From Chrysomallon squamiferum (taxonomy: Eukaryota; Animalia; Mollusca): a stretch of DNA of 64,000 nt. Positions within the stretch are counted from its first letter, which is position 1, and each line of letters begins with the position of its first letter. The translations under genes were made by a program, and so were the position numbers. Under the pieces are notes generated by a model that did no database searches, had not been told where the DNA came from, and saw only the letters and a list, made by a program, of their open reading frames with translations. Where the stretch lies: assembly GCA_012295275.1 (NCBI GenBank), contig CM022675.1, positions 13,268,001 to 13,332,000 on the forward strand, given 5' to 3'. Below, in pieces: positions 1 through 21,833 of the stretch.

Positions 1-307
1 TTCTACTGAATGGCCTACCTCTTAAATTAATGAATTAATATTAGAAAGCTAGACATTCGTGATATTTTGTTTGATGTCAACCAGTTATTGCTATTCTAAC
101 GTTATCATATTACAACAACAATGCACACACGGTTTAGCTAATATTGATTAAAAGAAAAGAAACCATCTCTGTTACATTGCCATTCCAACAGCATCAACAA
201 CAACAATATAAAACGTAACTTACCGAGGTTTCACCTAGCTCGATTGTTGTGACGTCATGCATAAATAAATAAGCAGAATGTCATTGGATGACGTCATAGT
301 TAGTTCA

Positions 308-398
<91 letters not shown>

Positions 399-836
399 AT
401 ATGCAGTTATACATGGATGGATAGTACATACACACGTTGCTATAAGAAACAAATAAACAACCAAACAAACACACATTCACATACACACCAAATAAATAAA
501 TAAGCAAAAAGAAAGGACATATGAATAGAAGCGAAAGACAAATGCGATTTCATTTTCAAAGTACGCAGTCATATCTCCAGCGTTGCATCTTGGGAATTCT
601 AATAAAAGTTTTGCCATTTTGTCTAAATTCGCAATGAGCGTGTAGGGAAAGCATTAGAGGCGTATAAATTTGTCTTAAGTTAACACGAAATGAAGTTTGT
701 GTTTGTACAGAGCGATTTGGTCTGTTAATTTATGTGAGAAATTACCTAGGAAACGCAGAACGAAACACAAAATAGAATGAAAAAAAGAAGTAGAAAATAG
801 AGAAACAAAATGACAAAGAAAGTAAAGAATTTAAAA

Positions 837-904
<68 letters not shown>

Positions 905-1293
905 AAACAAACAAACAAACAAACAAACATACAAACAAACAATATAAATAAATAAGTAAAAAAAAAATAAATCATTTCACCGTAGACCATGTTTTATTAT
1001 AACGAAAACACATCAGCCGGAAATGCAAACCTTGAGTGGAAGTTCCGCCATTAAAGACGAAGCACTTGAGAATTATTCTCTTTTAAAACGACTCTGTACT
1101 TGACCAGTATTGGGCTGTAAATCGGTCAAACAAAGTCTCAACCCAGTGGTAAATAATTAACACACGAGAATTACGTTTCTGGCTGGTCACGCCATCTGGT
1201 GATCAATAAGTCAGCTGTAATTACAGACTCTAAAACGGACTAGAATTTTCCTCTAAAATGGCGTGTTTGTTTAATATCTTTCCATTTGGATTT

Positions 1294-1369
<76 letters not shown>

Positions 1370-2501
1370 TATGTATCTATTTATTTCTTCCAAAACGAGT
1401 CATCATAAGCGAGTTTGTATGTAAATGATTCCCTACGCGTTATGACGTCACAGATTGACAGACAGGTTTGTCTGAAATCTAAAACTGGGATAAAATTTCG
1501 TTTTACTTAATTACTTAATGTGACAGTGGGGATGTTGTTATTGTCGATGATGATGTTGCCGTTTCTATTTCTGTCATGGTTCTTGCATATTATCTCGACA
1601 TTTGCAGATTTTTTATCTCTATCTATCTACATGTATATAATCATCATCATCATCATCTTTTAATTATCACCAATATCGTCATCGTTATTATCATTATATG
1701 ATCATTCTAAAAACAACAGCAACTATGTTAATAAATATACTGACAATAACAAAACGAAAACAACAACTATAATAATAATGATGATGATGATGATGATGAT
1801 ATACATGTAGTAGTAATAACTGTAGTAGTAGTAGTTGTTGTTGTTGTTATTGTTGTACAAGCAGTAATTATTACAATAGTAATAATAATAAAGACTGTAA
1901 CCAGAACAGTAATTACTATAATGATGTTCATTAAAATATGTAATAAAATAAAAACAACGCATGCAATATTATAACACTAACGACGATAACCAAAATGATA
2001 TTTTGATCATACAACGACAACGATCATATCATCTACATAACAAATCGGTAATACGTGGCAGAACAGGAACTAACTAACTTGTATTTGGCTATGGAAGAAA
2101 TCTGATATTAGCGACAGAAACGAGAAAGTCGACATTTTGCTTGACTTATGAATAAAACACGAGAAACAGTTGTAAGCAGTCTGAGATTAAAAACAAGAAG
2201 TGGCATTTAGAAATCTGCTGTAATGTCAATTTCAAGAGTCATGGGTCGCTGGATCGATACCCGTAATGGTAGTAATTTTCATTAACTACCTCGTTCTGTT
2301 TGTAAAAAAGAAAAATTATATATATATGTGTATAAAACTATATCTTTGGGTATATGATATTTCGTCTATTTATTTAATTATTTATTTTATTTATTTATAA
2401 GAACATAAATGAAATAAAAATAAATAAACAACAACAACAACAACAACAATAATAATAATAATAAAAAAATATTATTATTATTAATAATAATAATAGTTAA
2501 A

Positions 2502-2570
<69 letters not shown>

Positions 2571-2622
2571 TTCGTGGCTTTTATTTGGCATATTCTTGAA
2601 CAGACATTAAAATATTACGTTC

Positions 2623-2666
<44 letters not shown>

Positions 2667-3669
2667 AAGAATTCCACAGATTTATTCCATTATCCAAATA
2701 TTTCTCTTGTCAGCCCATCTCTTAGTATTTTAGCTTATGTCTTCCTCCACTTCAGAACATAACTCTTGCTAAACCATCTCCATTTGCTCGGCTTCATTTG
2801 CATTTCCACCTAGAATTCACTTATTCCACGAAATTTGGCGAGCTGTCGGTTAAAATGGCGGGAATGTGCGTTAGTGTCGTCTGCTGATTCAGACCAATAT
2901 CGTCTAAATCATTTTGTCTTCGTGTATTCCTGGGAGAACGGAGATCTGTACTAGAACTGATGCAGAGAAAGTCTCCGTGGTTGGTTACGACTAAGCCGAA
3001 TTCGTCGAAATAATGGATGGTTTAAACATCTGAACGTGTCTTATAAATGAAGAGAGTTTTTAAACAGATTTTCTAAGATGAATGGGTATCGAGTCAGTTT
3101 TGGAAAAATACAGAGAGTATTATTTTTATTTTATTTTATTTTATTATTTTTATTTTATTTTATTTTATTTCATTTATTAAATATATTTGATTTATTATTG
3201 CCGTTGTTGTTGGTGGTGGTGGTGCTGGTTGGTGTGTTATTATTATTATTATTATTATTGTTGTTGTTGTTGTTGATGATGTTGTTGTTGTAGATAAAGT
3301 ACTGGTATTAATAGTAGTAGCAGTAGTAGTAGTAATATTAGTAGTAGCAGTGTTATCAGCTCACCGTTACGACACTATTTAGGTCGATTCAAACATGTCC
3401 GAAGATTTTCGAAGAATTATTATTAGATGAGCGTACTGGCCCGGAATCGTTGCCAACCGCACGTTTGGCAGATTAGCCAAGAAACGATGTAAACTTATTT
3501 CTGGCTGAGAACCAGCGACATCCATCCAAATGTCTGTCAGAACTGATCTCCGTCAGAGGATACACGGGCTAGGGTAGTAAAATTAACAGTAGTAGTAGAA
3601 GTAGTAGTAATAGTAGCAGTAATAGTAATGATAGTAGTAGTAGAAAAAGTAATAACGACAAGTAAGTAT

Positions 3670-3701
<32 letters not shown>

Positions 3702-5300
3702 ATAATGATAGTAATAGTAGAAAAAGTAATAACGACAACAACGACAGTAATAATAATAATAATAACATCAACAACAACAACAACAATAATAATAAGAAGA
3801 AGACGAAAGAAAGATAAATATTCAACAAACGTTGCCAGCATTGAGAAGTATTCTCAGGAAAATTGAAATAACGCTGTCTTGCACTTAGAAAATTTCATAA
3901 AACCATAAGTTCTTTCTAGCCTCAATATCACCACATTAAAATGTGATAGATTAAATAAGAATTTCAATGAACGTCTTTTCACTGTAATTCCATCAACGGT
4001 CTCAGAAAGAACGAAACGATTATTTCAGGCTGTGGTTTATATTTTGTTCATGCCTTATTTCGTTTAAATTTCAAACTGTAAATTTATTGACGCCAGAAAC
4101 CAATCTGGGACTTCCTGTTCCTGTCGTTATCACGAAATGGGATTTGAAAGATTCGACTGATGTGTATTTAATGACTTTCCCGGAATTATTTTTCAAGAAA
4201 GAATTATTTCTGTTTCTTTTTTTCTTACTTTCTTTCTTTAAAAAAAAAAAAAGAAAAAAGAAATAAAAATAAACAATGATGATTATTCGTTTTCTATTAA
4301 ATAAAAGAACTCCATGTGAGTTTTATATGTTTTGACGGTTCTAAAATAACAGCGTGGGAAGATGTAAAAATAATCAAATATAAAAACTTTTTAAAAATAA
4401 AAGAAAAACAAGAGAGATTTTATAATTTCTTAATGGGCCTTAGCAATCTTCATTGTATTTCACTTCTACACGTTTTTTTTTTCATATCTTTTTTTCATTT
4501 GTTTGCTTCTTTTTTCCCTTTTATTACTTTTTTCCGTCTACGTTTTTTCTTTCTTCTTCTATGACATCTTTTTTTTTTTATTATTTTATATATATATATA
4601 TTTTATTATTATTACATTTTATTATTATTATTATTATGATTTTATTTTTTTTTTTTTTTTTTAAATGTTTTTTTTTTTTTTTTTTTTTTTCTTCTCTTTT
4701 CTTTTCTTTTTGCTTCATGATCTGACAACAGTACATTAACATAATCTTCTTCTTCTCCGAATATGCATATAAACTAAATTGTTGGGCAATTGTAAAACAA
4801 ATGGTTATAGCGAGATATATAAAAAGGGTCACATCACAGATTGTTATCTAACATAAACTAATCTCTTCCTATCACTTCCAGTCCATCCAGTTCTAAATCT
4901 TTTCACCACCACCTCCAGCCTTTTTGTACAAAACACCAAACCGTTTCTCCAACACAGATTTTCTCAAAACTGTCTTATTACCTCTGACAATGTCTTTACG
5001 TCTTCTACATGGAGTCAGCCTGTTTATGATGAACCCTGTATATAACGTTGTTTTCTTACACGACCCTAACTCAGATTATCACAACTACGACAACGTAACA
5101 AAATAATGTTTTATCTGTGAAAGTTCAGAGTCCTGGATTATCGCAACACTTGACTGGTATACTTGTATAAAAGTACAAAAAGTGTTTGTATGTGTACACA
5201 CGTAAATTTTATATCTCTGTAATAAATATTATGTTATGTGTTCATCTCCTTTCTTATTCACTTTCTCTCAACTATAATGTTGTGTGTGTGTGTCTCTCTG

Positions 5301-5344
<44 letters not shown>

Positions 5345-6963
5345 TCTCCCTCTCTCTCTCTCTCTATATATATATATACACACACACACATATACACGCA
5401 CGCACATACATACGCACACAGATATCATTTTTCTTTCGTTGTCTCTTTATCCTTCCTTCCACTCCCTGTCCCTCTTTTTCTCTATATTTGTCTCTGTGTC
5501 TTTTTTCTCTATCTCCCTTGCGTTGTCTCTCACTCTTTTTTTTTTCTCTATTATCTCTCATCTTCTCTCTTTCTCGCGTTCTACGTTATCTGAAGTAATG
5601 AAACACACAAACACACAGACAACTGTCGTAAAAATTCACTTCATTTGACAAATCAAATACTCCGTTCAACTGACTCTGGAATCTCGCCAAACACTGAATT
5701 AATGTCCATGGACATGAGGTCGATGAATAAGTAACTAATATATTGATTCTTTAACTTTCTTTCTTTTTTTTTCTTTTTTTAATTCTCTTGATTCTGGTTC
5801 AAGTGGGTAACTCAATTACACTCCACCCCAGTCGTTTAGTGACAATCTGTTATGTTGGTATATGTTGCCCCACCCTGTCCCAGCCCTCCCTGAGACCAAA
5901 TGGAGTATTAGATCTGGCCTAAGTTTGTCACAACTGAAGTAATATGTTTGATATGGTTGTGAAGATACGCGCTAGTTTTAATATCGTTTTGTGTTCTCTT
6001 GATCTAAATTATTAAATTTTTTATTTATTTATTTAATTATTATTTTATTATTATTATTATTTTTAATGCTATTTTTATTAATGTTTTTTTTATTGTTTCA
6101 TTATTATGGTTTATGGATATATTTATAATCTAGTGTTCTAATGCCTATGAGTGTGTAAGTGTACATACATACGTACATTCATACATATACACATACTTTC
6201 AGGTCGATAGATTGAGAGGTCAGAAAAAAAATATTAACAGAAATATATTTTAATTACAACAACAACAGCAACAACAAAAATCAAATTTTGTAATTTGTTC
6301 TAATAAAACTAATACTTAATGACTTACTTTGCGCCATCAGTTCGTGTTTGTAATGTAAGCGCAGAAAACTAATTTTTACAAATTATACGACCCCCCTCGT
6401 TCTATATATCCTCCAGATGACGTCATCTGAGACAAATCGTCTGCTTTTAGTGGAAATGTCTCGATCATTCTTCCTTCACCGGTCAAGTAGGTCGTTCAGT
6501 ACACATTTTGTCTACCTCGTTCTCGTTCGCAGCTGGTGATGTCGTCTGCTAGAAAATTCCAGACTCCTTTCATTTCCAAAAATTAATCTGTATTTATCCG
6601 TTTCACAGAATTTTATAATTATAAGCTGATGTGTTCACTTCTTATAAGATCATATTAAATTAATGTTATTTATGTTGGTGTTTTTTTTTTCAATTTCCTT
6701 TTCTAGTTTGTTATTTATTTATTTATTTATTCATTTATTCATTCATTCATTTATGTACGACTATTTTATATTTATGCAAATAATTTCTAAATTTACTATT
6801 TTTCTTTTGTTCTTTCAGTAGAAAACACAAACAAAAAAATATACAAGAAGAGTAACCTTAGCAACTAAAATGCTCCGTAACCAAAACTGAAACAAAAAGA
6901 AGAAAGAATAAATCACGTGATTATAAGTACTCTTGAACTTACTGATGACGTCACGCAGCAAAC

Positions 6964-7111
6964 ATGTTTGTTCTCAAAAACATGTTCAGACATCGTGGGT
7001 CAGAGGTCAAGGCCGAAATGGAACAAGGGAAGCTGGTGCGAAAGGTGGGGCGGCGGGGGCGTGGCAAGGGTCTGTTCTACATGCCTTGTGGGGTGGCGGT
7101 AACCAAGTCAG
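6964..7111 (+). CDS. NHL protein coding exon 1
   Basis: ATG 6964; donor CAG|GTAAAT at 7112; 148 nt (phase 1). Probable acceptor for the 5' UTR part at TTTCAG 6818. Not in the ORF track in this frame. Confidence 0.8.
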
Positions 7112-7143
7112 GTAAATGTTTATAGCAGACAGAATAGTAGTCA

Positions 7144-7175
<32 letters not shown>

Positions 7176-7637
7176 ACACTAGTAGTAACACTAGTAGTAA
7201 TAGTAATGGTTATGGTGTTGCTGATGTTTTAGTAGTAGTAGTAGTAGTAGTAACACTAGCAGTAATTGTAGTGGTGGTGGTGTTGCTGGTGGTTTTACTA
7301 GTAGTAGTAGTAGTAGTAGTAGTAATTGCAATAGTAGTAGTGTGGGAACAGCACTAGAAGTATTAGTAATAGCAGTAGTAATTCTTGGAGTAGTTAGTAC
7401 TAGTAGTAGTAACATTGGAATAGTAGTAGAAGTAGTAGTAATAGTAGTTGCGACGGAGGTTGTGGTAATTACTAATTATTCTAGGAGTAATTGGATAGTT
7501 GTAGTAGTAGTAGTGGTGGTGGTGGTGATGGTGGTAGAGTACTAGTAGTAGTAGTAATAGTAGTTGTAGCAACAACATCAGTAATTATATTTTTGTGATT
7601 ATAAGATTATTTACTATTTATATTTCTTTACTTTTTC

Positions 7638-7688
<51 letters not shown>

Positions 7689-8538
7689 TGTTTATTCGTT
7701 TGTTTGTTTGTTTGTTTATTACTTACTATTTTTCAGGTGATATAGTGGTGGCGGACACGGACAATCACAGAATTCAGATATTTTCGCCGGACGGACTGTT
7801 CAGATTCAAATTCGGCAGCAGAGGCTGCAAGCCGGAACAGATCAACTACCCCATCGGCGTTGCCATGACAACGGACGACTGCGTTGCCGTCACCGACAGC
7901 GTCAACTGCAGCGTGAAAATATTCAGCCTGGACGGCGTGCTGAAGAGCAAGCTCGGAGGGAACGACGTTCTGGAGTTCCATACGGAGTCGCAATAACGAA
8001 CAGAAACCAGGTGGTCGTCACCGACATCTGCCAGCACCGTGTCGTCATCTTTCACTCCACCGGCGTCGTCAGCCACTCGTTCGGCAGCTACGGCGACGGC
8101 CCCAGCGAACTCGACCACCCGTACTTCGTGACGGTGAACGAAAACCAGCAGATCATCGTGTCCGACGCCGGCAACAGCAGCATCAAGATCTTCCATTTCG
8201 AAGGGAAACTACTGCGGACCTTCTCCCATCTCGACTTCCGGTTGCCGCAGGAGGAGTCGTTCGTGTCGTTGCACGGGCTGTGCACGGACTCGGACGGAAA
8301 CACGATCGTTATATGCAACTCGACAATCTATATTCTCACAAAGAATGGACGGCTGTGGGAGGTGCTGACGCCAAAAGACGGGCTTACCTCCCCTAAGTGC
8401 GTGGCGTTCTCTTCCCTTGGTAGGCTCGTCGTCGTGCAGTCGGACTACGACCGTAGGGACGAACTGTGCATCTTCCGCTACAACACCGACGACTACTCCG
8501 TGCTGAATACTCTTGTATTTTATGCTATTTCGATCTGA
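6964..8538 (+). CDS. Stand-alone NHL-repeat (beta-propeller) protein, TRIM2/TRIM3-NHL-like; join(6964..7111,7737..8538), ~316 aa if one base is restored at ~7979
   Basis: Spliced translation MFVLKNMFRHRGSEVKAEMEQGKLVRKVGRRGRGKGLFYMPCGVAVTKSG|DIVVADTDNHRIQIFSPDG...FGSRG...YPIGVA...TDSVNCSVKIF...(F-P-Y)GVAIT...HPYFVTVNENQQIIVSDAGNSSIKIF shows repeated NHL motifs (P-x-G-V-A...D-x-x-N-x-x-I-x-I-F). In-frame TGA at 6946 lies upstream of ATG 6964. Phase-1 intron 7112 GT..AG 7736. Confidence 0.85.
7737..8538 (+). CDS. NHL protein coding exon 2 (contains a 1-nt frame break at 7978-7979)
   Basis: Acceptor TTTTCAG|7737. ORFs 7595..7996 and 8011..8538 are two frames of one NHL series; GC-rich codons stand out from the AT-rich flanks. 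Stop TGA 8536-8538. Confidence 0.85.
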
Positions 8539-9185
8539 CGTCGCCGACGTTTTGAAGAATAATTACTACGCTTTGTCGGATGGTCTGAAACGTGGATGTT
8601 TTCACGAATGAATTTATGCTGATGTTTTTAACTCATGTTCTCGTAGTGGGTGCTTTGATTCGATTTTATTTTATTTTAATTCATTTAATTTTAATTTTGT
8701 TTTACATTATTTTATCTTGTTTTAATTTATTTAAATGTTTTATTTATTGAGTCATTTTATTCGTCATATTATTAATTTTATTTCATTTTAAACAAATTCA
8801 TCTGCGCATTCATATTCTGTTGTTTTGTGTTTTTAATTTTGTTTTCATTTTCATTTTTATTGTTGTTGTTCTTCTACTTCTTGCTCTTCTTCTTCTTCTT
8901 CTTCTTCTTCTTCTTCGTCTTAATGTATTACATCATTCATTAAACTTAAAGTGCATTAACTCTAATTGAAAGAATTCTTAAACATTTTTTTATGTAACAT
9001 AATTTATTATTGTTATTATTGTTATTTATTTATTTATTTATTTATTTATTATTATTATTATTTTTTTTTTTTTTTTTTTACACTTTTCAGTTTTGTAATA
9101 ATTCATGATTTACTACCATAAAGAATTGTTCAATTCATATGTTTTTCTTGTTTCATATATGGGTGTGTGTGTATCTGTGTACATA

Positions 9186-9255
<70 letters not shown>

Positions 9256-10249
9256 TCTCTCTGTCTGTGTGATTGGGTATTTGTATGTGTATGTGTGTGT
9301 ATCTGTGTGACTGTATGTGTACTTCTGCCTGTCAGTCTGTCTGTCGTAGACGTGCTTCACAGCAGCTCGCTCTGATTAGCACGTCAAATTTTTCCCAGTT
9401 CCAGATCCAGTATGTGTGTGTGTGTTTGTCCCAGTGGCGTGCACAGGTCTGGTGATTGTGTGCCCTTGATTGTAGGGCCCAGAGACTCAAGTATAAGACT
9501 TAGAACTGAGATATATTTTGATAAAGGAAGATATTTTGAATATGTAAACTTAGATGAAGCATAAAATAAACACTTTATTCGAATTAAATATAAATCAGCC
9601 AAATTTATTAAGTTCTTTTTTCTGACTGGATGCCCCCCTCATTTGGATAGCCGGGGCCAAAACGACTTAATAATATAGTTTTAAATACGACCGTATATAC
9701 AGTTACACACATGCACGTACATAATTATATATATATATATATAACATGTGTTAAGCATTTATGTATAGACAGTAACTAGTTACTGTCTAATAGAATTAAA
9801 CAATATATGATCTTGTGTATTTGTATGTGTTTAGGTATATAAATACACATACATATATATATAGACACACACCCACACACACTCATGGATATATACATAC
9901 ACAATCACACATGCGTACATGCATGCACACATATTCACAGACACATGCAGGCACCAACGAAGAATGCATACTCCTTCATACATGCACTTACTCACCTATT
10001 AACCCACCTACATTATACATACACAAGTGTACGTTCATTCACTTACGTACATAACTGCAGAAGTATATATATACACGCACACAAATACAGACACCCTCAT
10101 GTTATATATATAAAATATAGACACACAGAAACATACAAATGGATACCTTCGCACACTCCAACGATTTCAACGTTTTTCTTTCACACACCGAGGTCATATT
10201 TAAATATCTCAGGTCACGGCGATCTTCTTTCATCTGTGTTGTGTCTGTT

Positions 10250-10446
10250 AGACTCTACCTGTGTGAGAGATAATCCAATCAGACACGACCAGGTATAGCC
10301 CAGGTAAAACTGTGACCCACTTTACCTGTGTAGATAAATACCTCGACTACTTTTACCTGTGGATACCTGTAAAACGTTTTACCTCTTCATATCTGCACTG
10401 TCAGGTGTGTTGTTGTACGGAGAAAGATAAGCTCGTCGCTCAGAAG
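10250..10446 (+). promoter_or_regulatory. Candidate promoter and non-coding first exon of the SLC3-like gene
   Basis: CCAAT 10275; AGATAA at 10268, 10332 and 10425; clustered CAGGTA/TACCTG; strong donor AAG|GTAAGA at 10447. The first coding exon is preceded by acceptor-like TTTCTAAG/ACAG just before ATG 13429. Confidence 0.45.
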
Positions 10447-10544
10447 GTAAGAAGTGTTTGTTTTGTATCTTTACAAATTATTTTAGCTAGATGTATGTTT
10501 TCATGCAGGTAGGCATGTCTGACTATTTGTCTCTCCGTATGTCT

Positions 10545-11010
10545 GTATGCATTTATATATGTTTGTTAGTATGTATGTATGTATGTACGTATTTATGTAT
10601 GTATGTATGCATGCATGTATCTATGTATGTAAGTGCATATATATATATATATATGTATATATGTTTGTATGTATATATGTATCTGTCTATATATGTATGT
10701 ATATATATATATATATATGTATGCATGTATGTATGTATGTATTTATTCATGTATGTATGTATGCATGCATGTATGCATGTATATATCTATGTATGTATGT
10801 ATGTATGATGTATATATGTATGTATGTATCTATGTACATATCTATGTATGTATGTGTCTATATATGTATGTCTATGTATGATGTATCTATGTATGTATGT
10901 ATGATGTATGTATATATGTATGATGTGTCTATGTATGTATGTATGTATGTATGTATGTATGTATGTATGTATGTGTCTATGTATGTATGTATCTATATGT
11001 GTGTCTATGT
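10545..11010. repeat. (TATG)n/(TA)n microsatellite
   Basis: Directly visible. Confidence 0.95.
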
Positions 11011-13428
11011 ATTAAATGACAGCTGAATGTCATACTGACGCAGTGTATTCAGTCTTGCTTTCTTTTTGTTTGACAAATGTCGCTAACAGTTTTGTCGCGA
11101 TCAGTTTGAATAAGCAAGTTGAAAAGAAATTTAAAACGCAGAGCTGCAGAGTGTATCCAGGTCGTGGTTGCACTTAGAAGAGAGTTTTAAATTTATTAGA
11201 ATGAATCACTTGTCACTTTAGTTTGACAGATTTTCCCGTTCTAATCTCTGCTCCATGAAGGTATAGTTAAGTGTTTTCTTATTTACAGAATGATATTATG
11301 CTCTCTTTTTAAGATAAATAAATAAATAAATAAATACAAATTTTGAAATATAGAAAATAAAATAATAAAATAACAACGAGGATAATAATACGAACAACAA
11401 TGACAACAGCAATGATAATGATGCTGATGATGATAATAATAATAATAGTCAAAAGAAACAAAAACAACAACAACAGGAATAATAATAATAACAACAACAA
11501 TAAGAAAAACAAAAAGAATAACTCGTAACAACAACAACAAGAACAAACTGTTATAACTGTTTTAATTGTTATAGTCGTTTTATGTACAACATTTGTTTTA
11601 ATTATTATTTTTTTTATATTTGTTACATTTCGTGTATGCAAAAAAAAAAATCATCATATAAGCTACCTTACCTGCAGAGTGTTAACTGTTATGTCAAAAC
11701 TTTGTTTTCTGTGTTTGTTTTCTTAACCGGGTTTTTCAAACATCGCTTTGATAACAAGAACAAACACCAGAGTGTTAACATCAGAGCAAACTTAACACAC
11801 ACCTCTGACCTGTGAGGAGTTTGGTTATGTAAATTTATACAGCGTCATGGTACGCGATTTCGCTTCGAGTTGCAAGTTTAATAGTCATACAAGAAAGTAT
11901 TTGCGTAATAGAGAGCTTGTGTGTGTGTGTTCTGTGTGTATGTGTGTATGTATGTATGTATGTGTGAGTGTGTGAGAGAGAGAGTGTTGGTGTGTGTATG
12001 TACGTGCGTGTTTGCATGTATGTATGTGTGGGAATGTGTAAAAATATTCGTTTTCATTGACTTACAGGTACAGTAATTATTCTAATGAGGAATATTAAAG
12101 TATGAAAGACAGCGATTTGTGTATTTCAGTCAGTGTCTATCGAGATCAGAGATTTAACTTCGCTTTATTGCTTTGCTAAATCCAGAGTGTTTTTATTTTA
12201 TTTTATTTTATTTTATTTTATTTTATTTTATTTTATTTTATGTTATGAAAGCGGATTCAATAAAATTACAAAGCTCACATTGCAGTGAGTTTATTGCTCT
12301 GTGTTTAAAATTTTATCGTACTGTATAGAAGGATGAACTCTTGACTGACAATTCTTGTGCAAAATAAACGTTTCTACTCTATCTATACCATCCTCCCCTC
12401 CGCATCCTCCCCCATCCTTTTGTTGCTAGAATTACAAGTATCTTGAACTTTTGACTGTTCGTGTCTTTTCAGACAAATACGATGTAAAGGTCTGTGACTG
12501 CTTTTGATTATTGCTCGATATTTGATATTAGTCTGCTTTATCATTTGTTTTAATTTATTTATTTATTTATTTATTTGTTTGTTTGTTTGTTTGTTTGTTT
12601 GTTTGTTTATTTATTTATTTGTGCGTCTGTTTGTTTGTTTGTTTGTTTGTTTATATTTGTTACTTTCTTTTTTTGTTTGTTTATAATAAAATATCGGAGT
12701 AAAAACAGAACTGTGACTCTTCGTAAATAAACAAGCGTAGTTACTGTATTTTATTTACTTAAAATATCTTGTGTTACACGTATGTGTCGTCTGCTTTATG
12801 TACATTGGTATAAGTAGTCGCGTTGTCTTTTCTTTTTTAATCTGCATAACCGTGCATGGTTTTATTATTTTCACGTATATTAAATATGTTTGTATGTTTT
12901 ATGAATTTATAAATTTATGAATGTATGTATGTATGTATATGTATATGAATGTAGTAAGTATGTATATATGTGTAAGCGTGTATTTGATTACGTATCTATG
13001 TGTTTATGCATGTATATATGCACTGATATTTGTATCATTATGTAAGTTTCTTTTTATGAATTCATAAATATATACCCATTAACATTTGATAAGACAGAAC
13101 CTTCTGAAATCAGCAGAATCAACACACTGTTACAATATTCCATAGCAAACTACACACATGACTGTATAATCAGTTATTTAATACAAACTGTCCTAATTTT
13201 ATAACTGAAACTAAATAGCAATGTAAATTTTATTTATTTATTTATTTATTTATTATATATTTTTAATGTTATTATTATTGTTGTTGTTGCTCTTGTTGTT
13301 GTTATTATTGTTATTTCTGTTGTTATTATTACTGTTAATGTTATTGTTATTGTTGTTGTTGTTATTATTATTATTACTCCTATTATTATTATTATTATTA
13401 TATTGTTATCATTTCTAAGACAGACAAG

Positions 13429-21384
<7,956 letters not shown>

Positions 21385-21450
21385 ATAAATAGCTTACTAG
21401 AGAATATACTTCATTGTTAATCAGGACATTTTTTACATTTATATTTTACA

Positions 21451-21529
<79 letters not shown>

Positions 21530-21550
21530 TATTATTATTATTATTATTTA

Positions 21551-21629
<79 letters not shown>

Positions 21630-21827
21630 TATATTATTATTACTATTATTATTATTGTTATTGTGTATGATGACTGATCAAACGGAGCAATCTACCATTT
21701 TAATGACAAGTTTGTCTCTTTTTTAATTATTTATTTTATATTATTCTCCTTCATTTTGTTTATTATTTTTTCAATTTCCAATGTGAAATGAAAGTGTTCA
21801 GACTTATTATTTAACCAGAAAATTTGT

Positions 21828-21833
21828 AATAAA
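21828..21833 (+). terminator. Candidate polyadenylation signal of the SLC3-like gene
   Basis: AATAAA ~440 nt after the stop, followed by a T-rich stretch. Confidence 0.4.

Noticed and set aside
4870-5106. Unique segment open on both strands (also 2700-2815)
   Set aside because: No recognisable protein and no phase-consistent splice partners.
7040-7100. G-quadruplex potential in G-rich exon segments (also 13490-13565)
   Set aside because: Explained by Gly/Arg/Glu codons, and the loops are irregular.
7733-8318. Antisense ORFs over the NHL exon (also 46800..47333 and several over 56296..58749)
   Set aside because: Shadow ORFs produced by codon bias of the sense-strand exons.
9432-9662. hAT/MITE-like end CAGTGGCGT with GC-rich motifs (similarly TAGCCCTG at ~17902)
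   Set aside because: No matching opposite terminal repeat or target-site duplication found; too weak to annotate.
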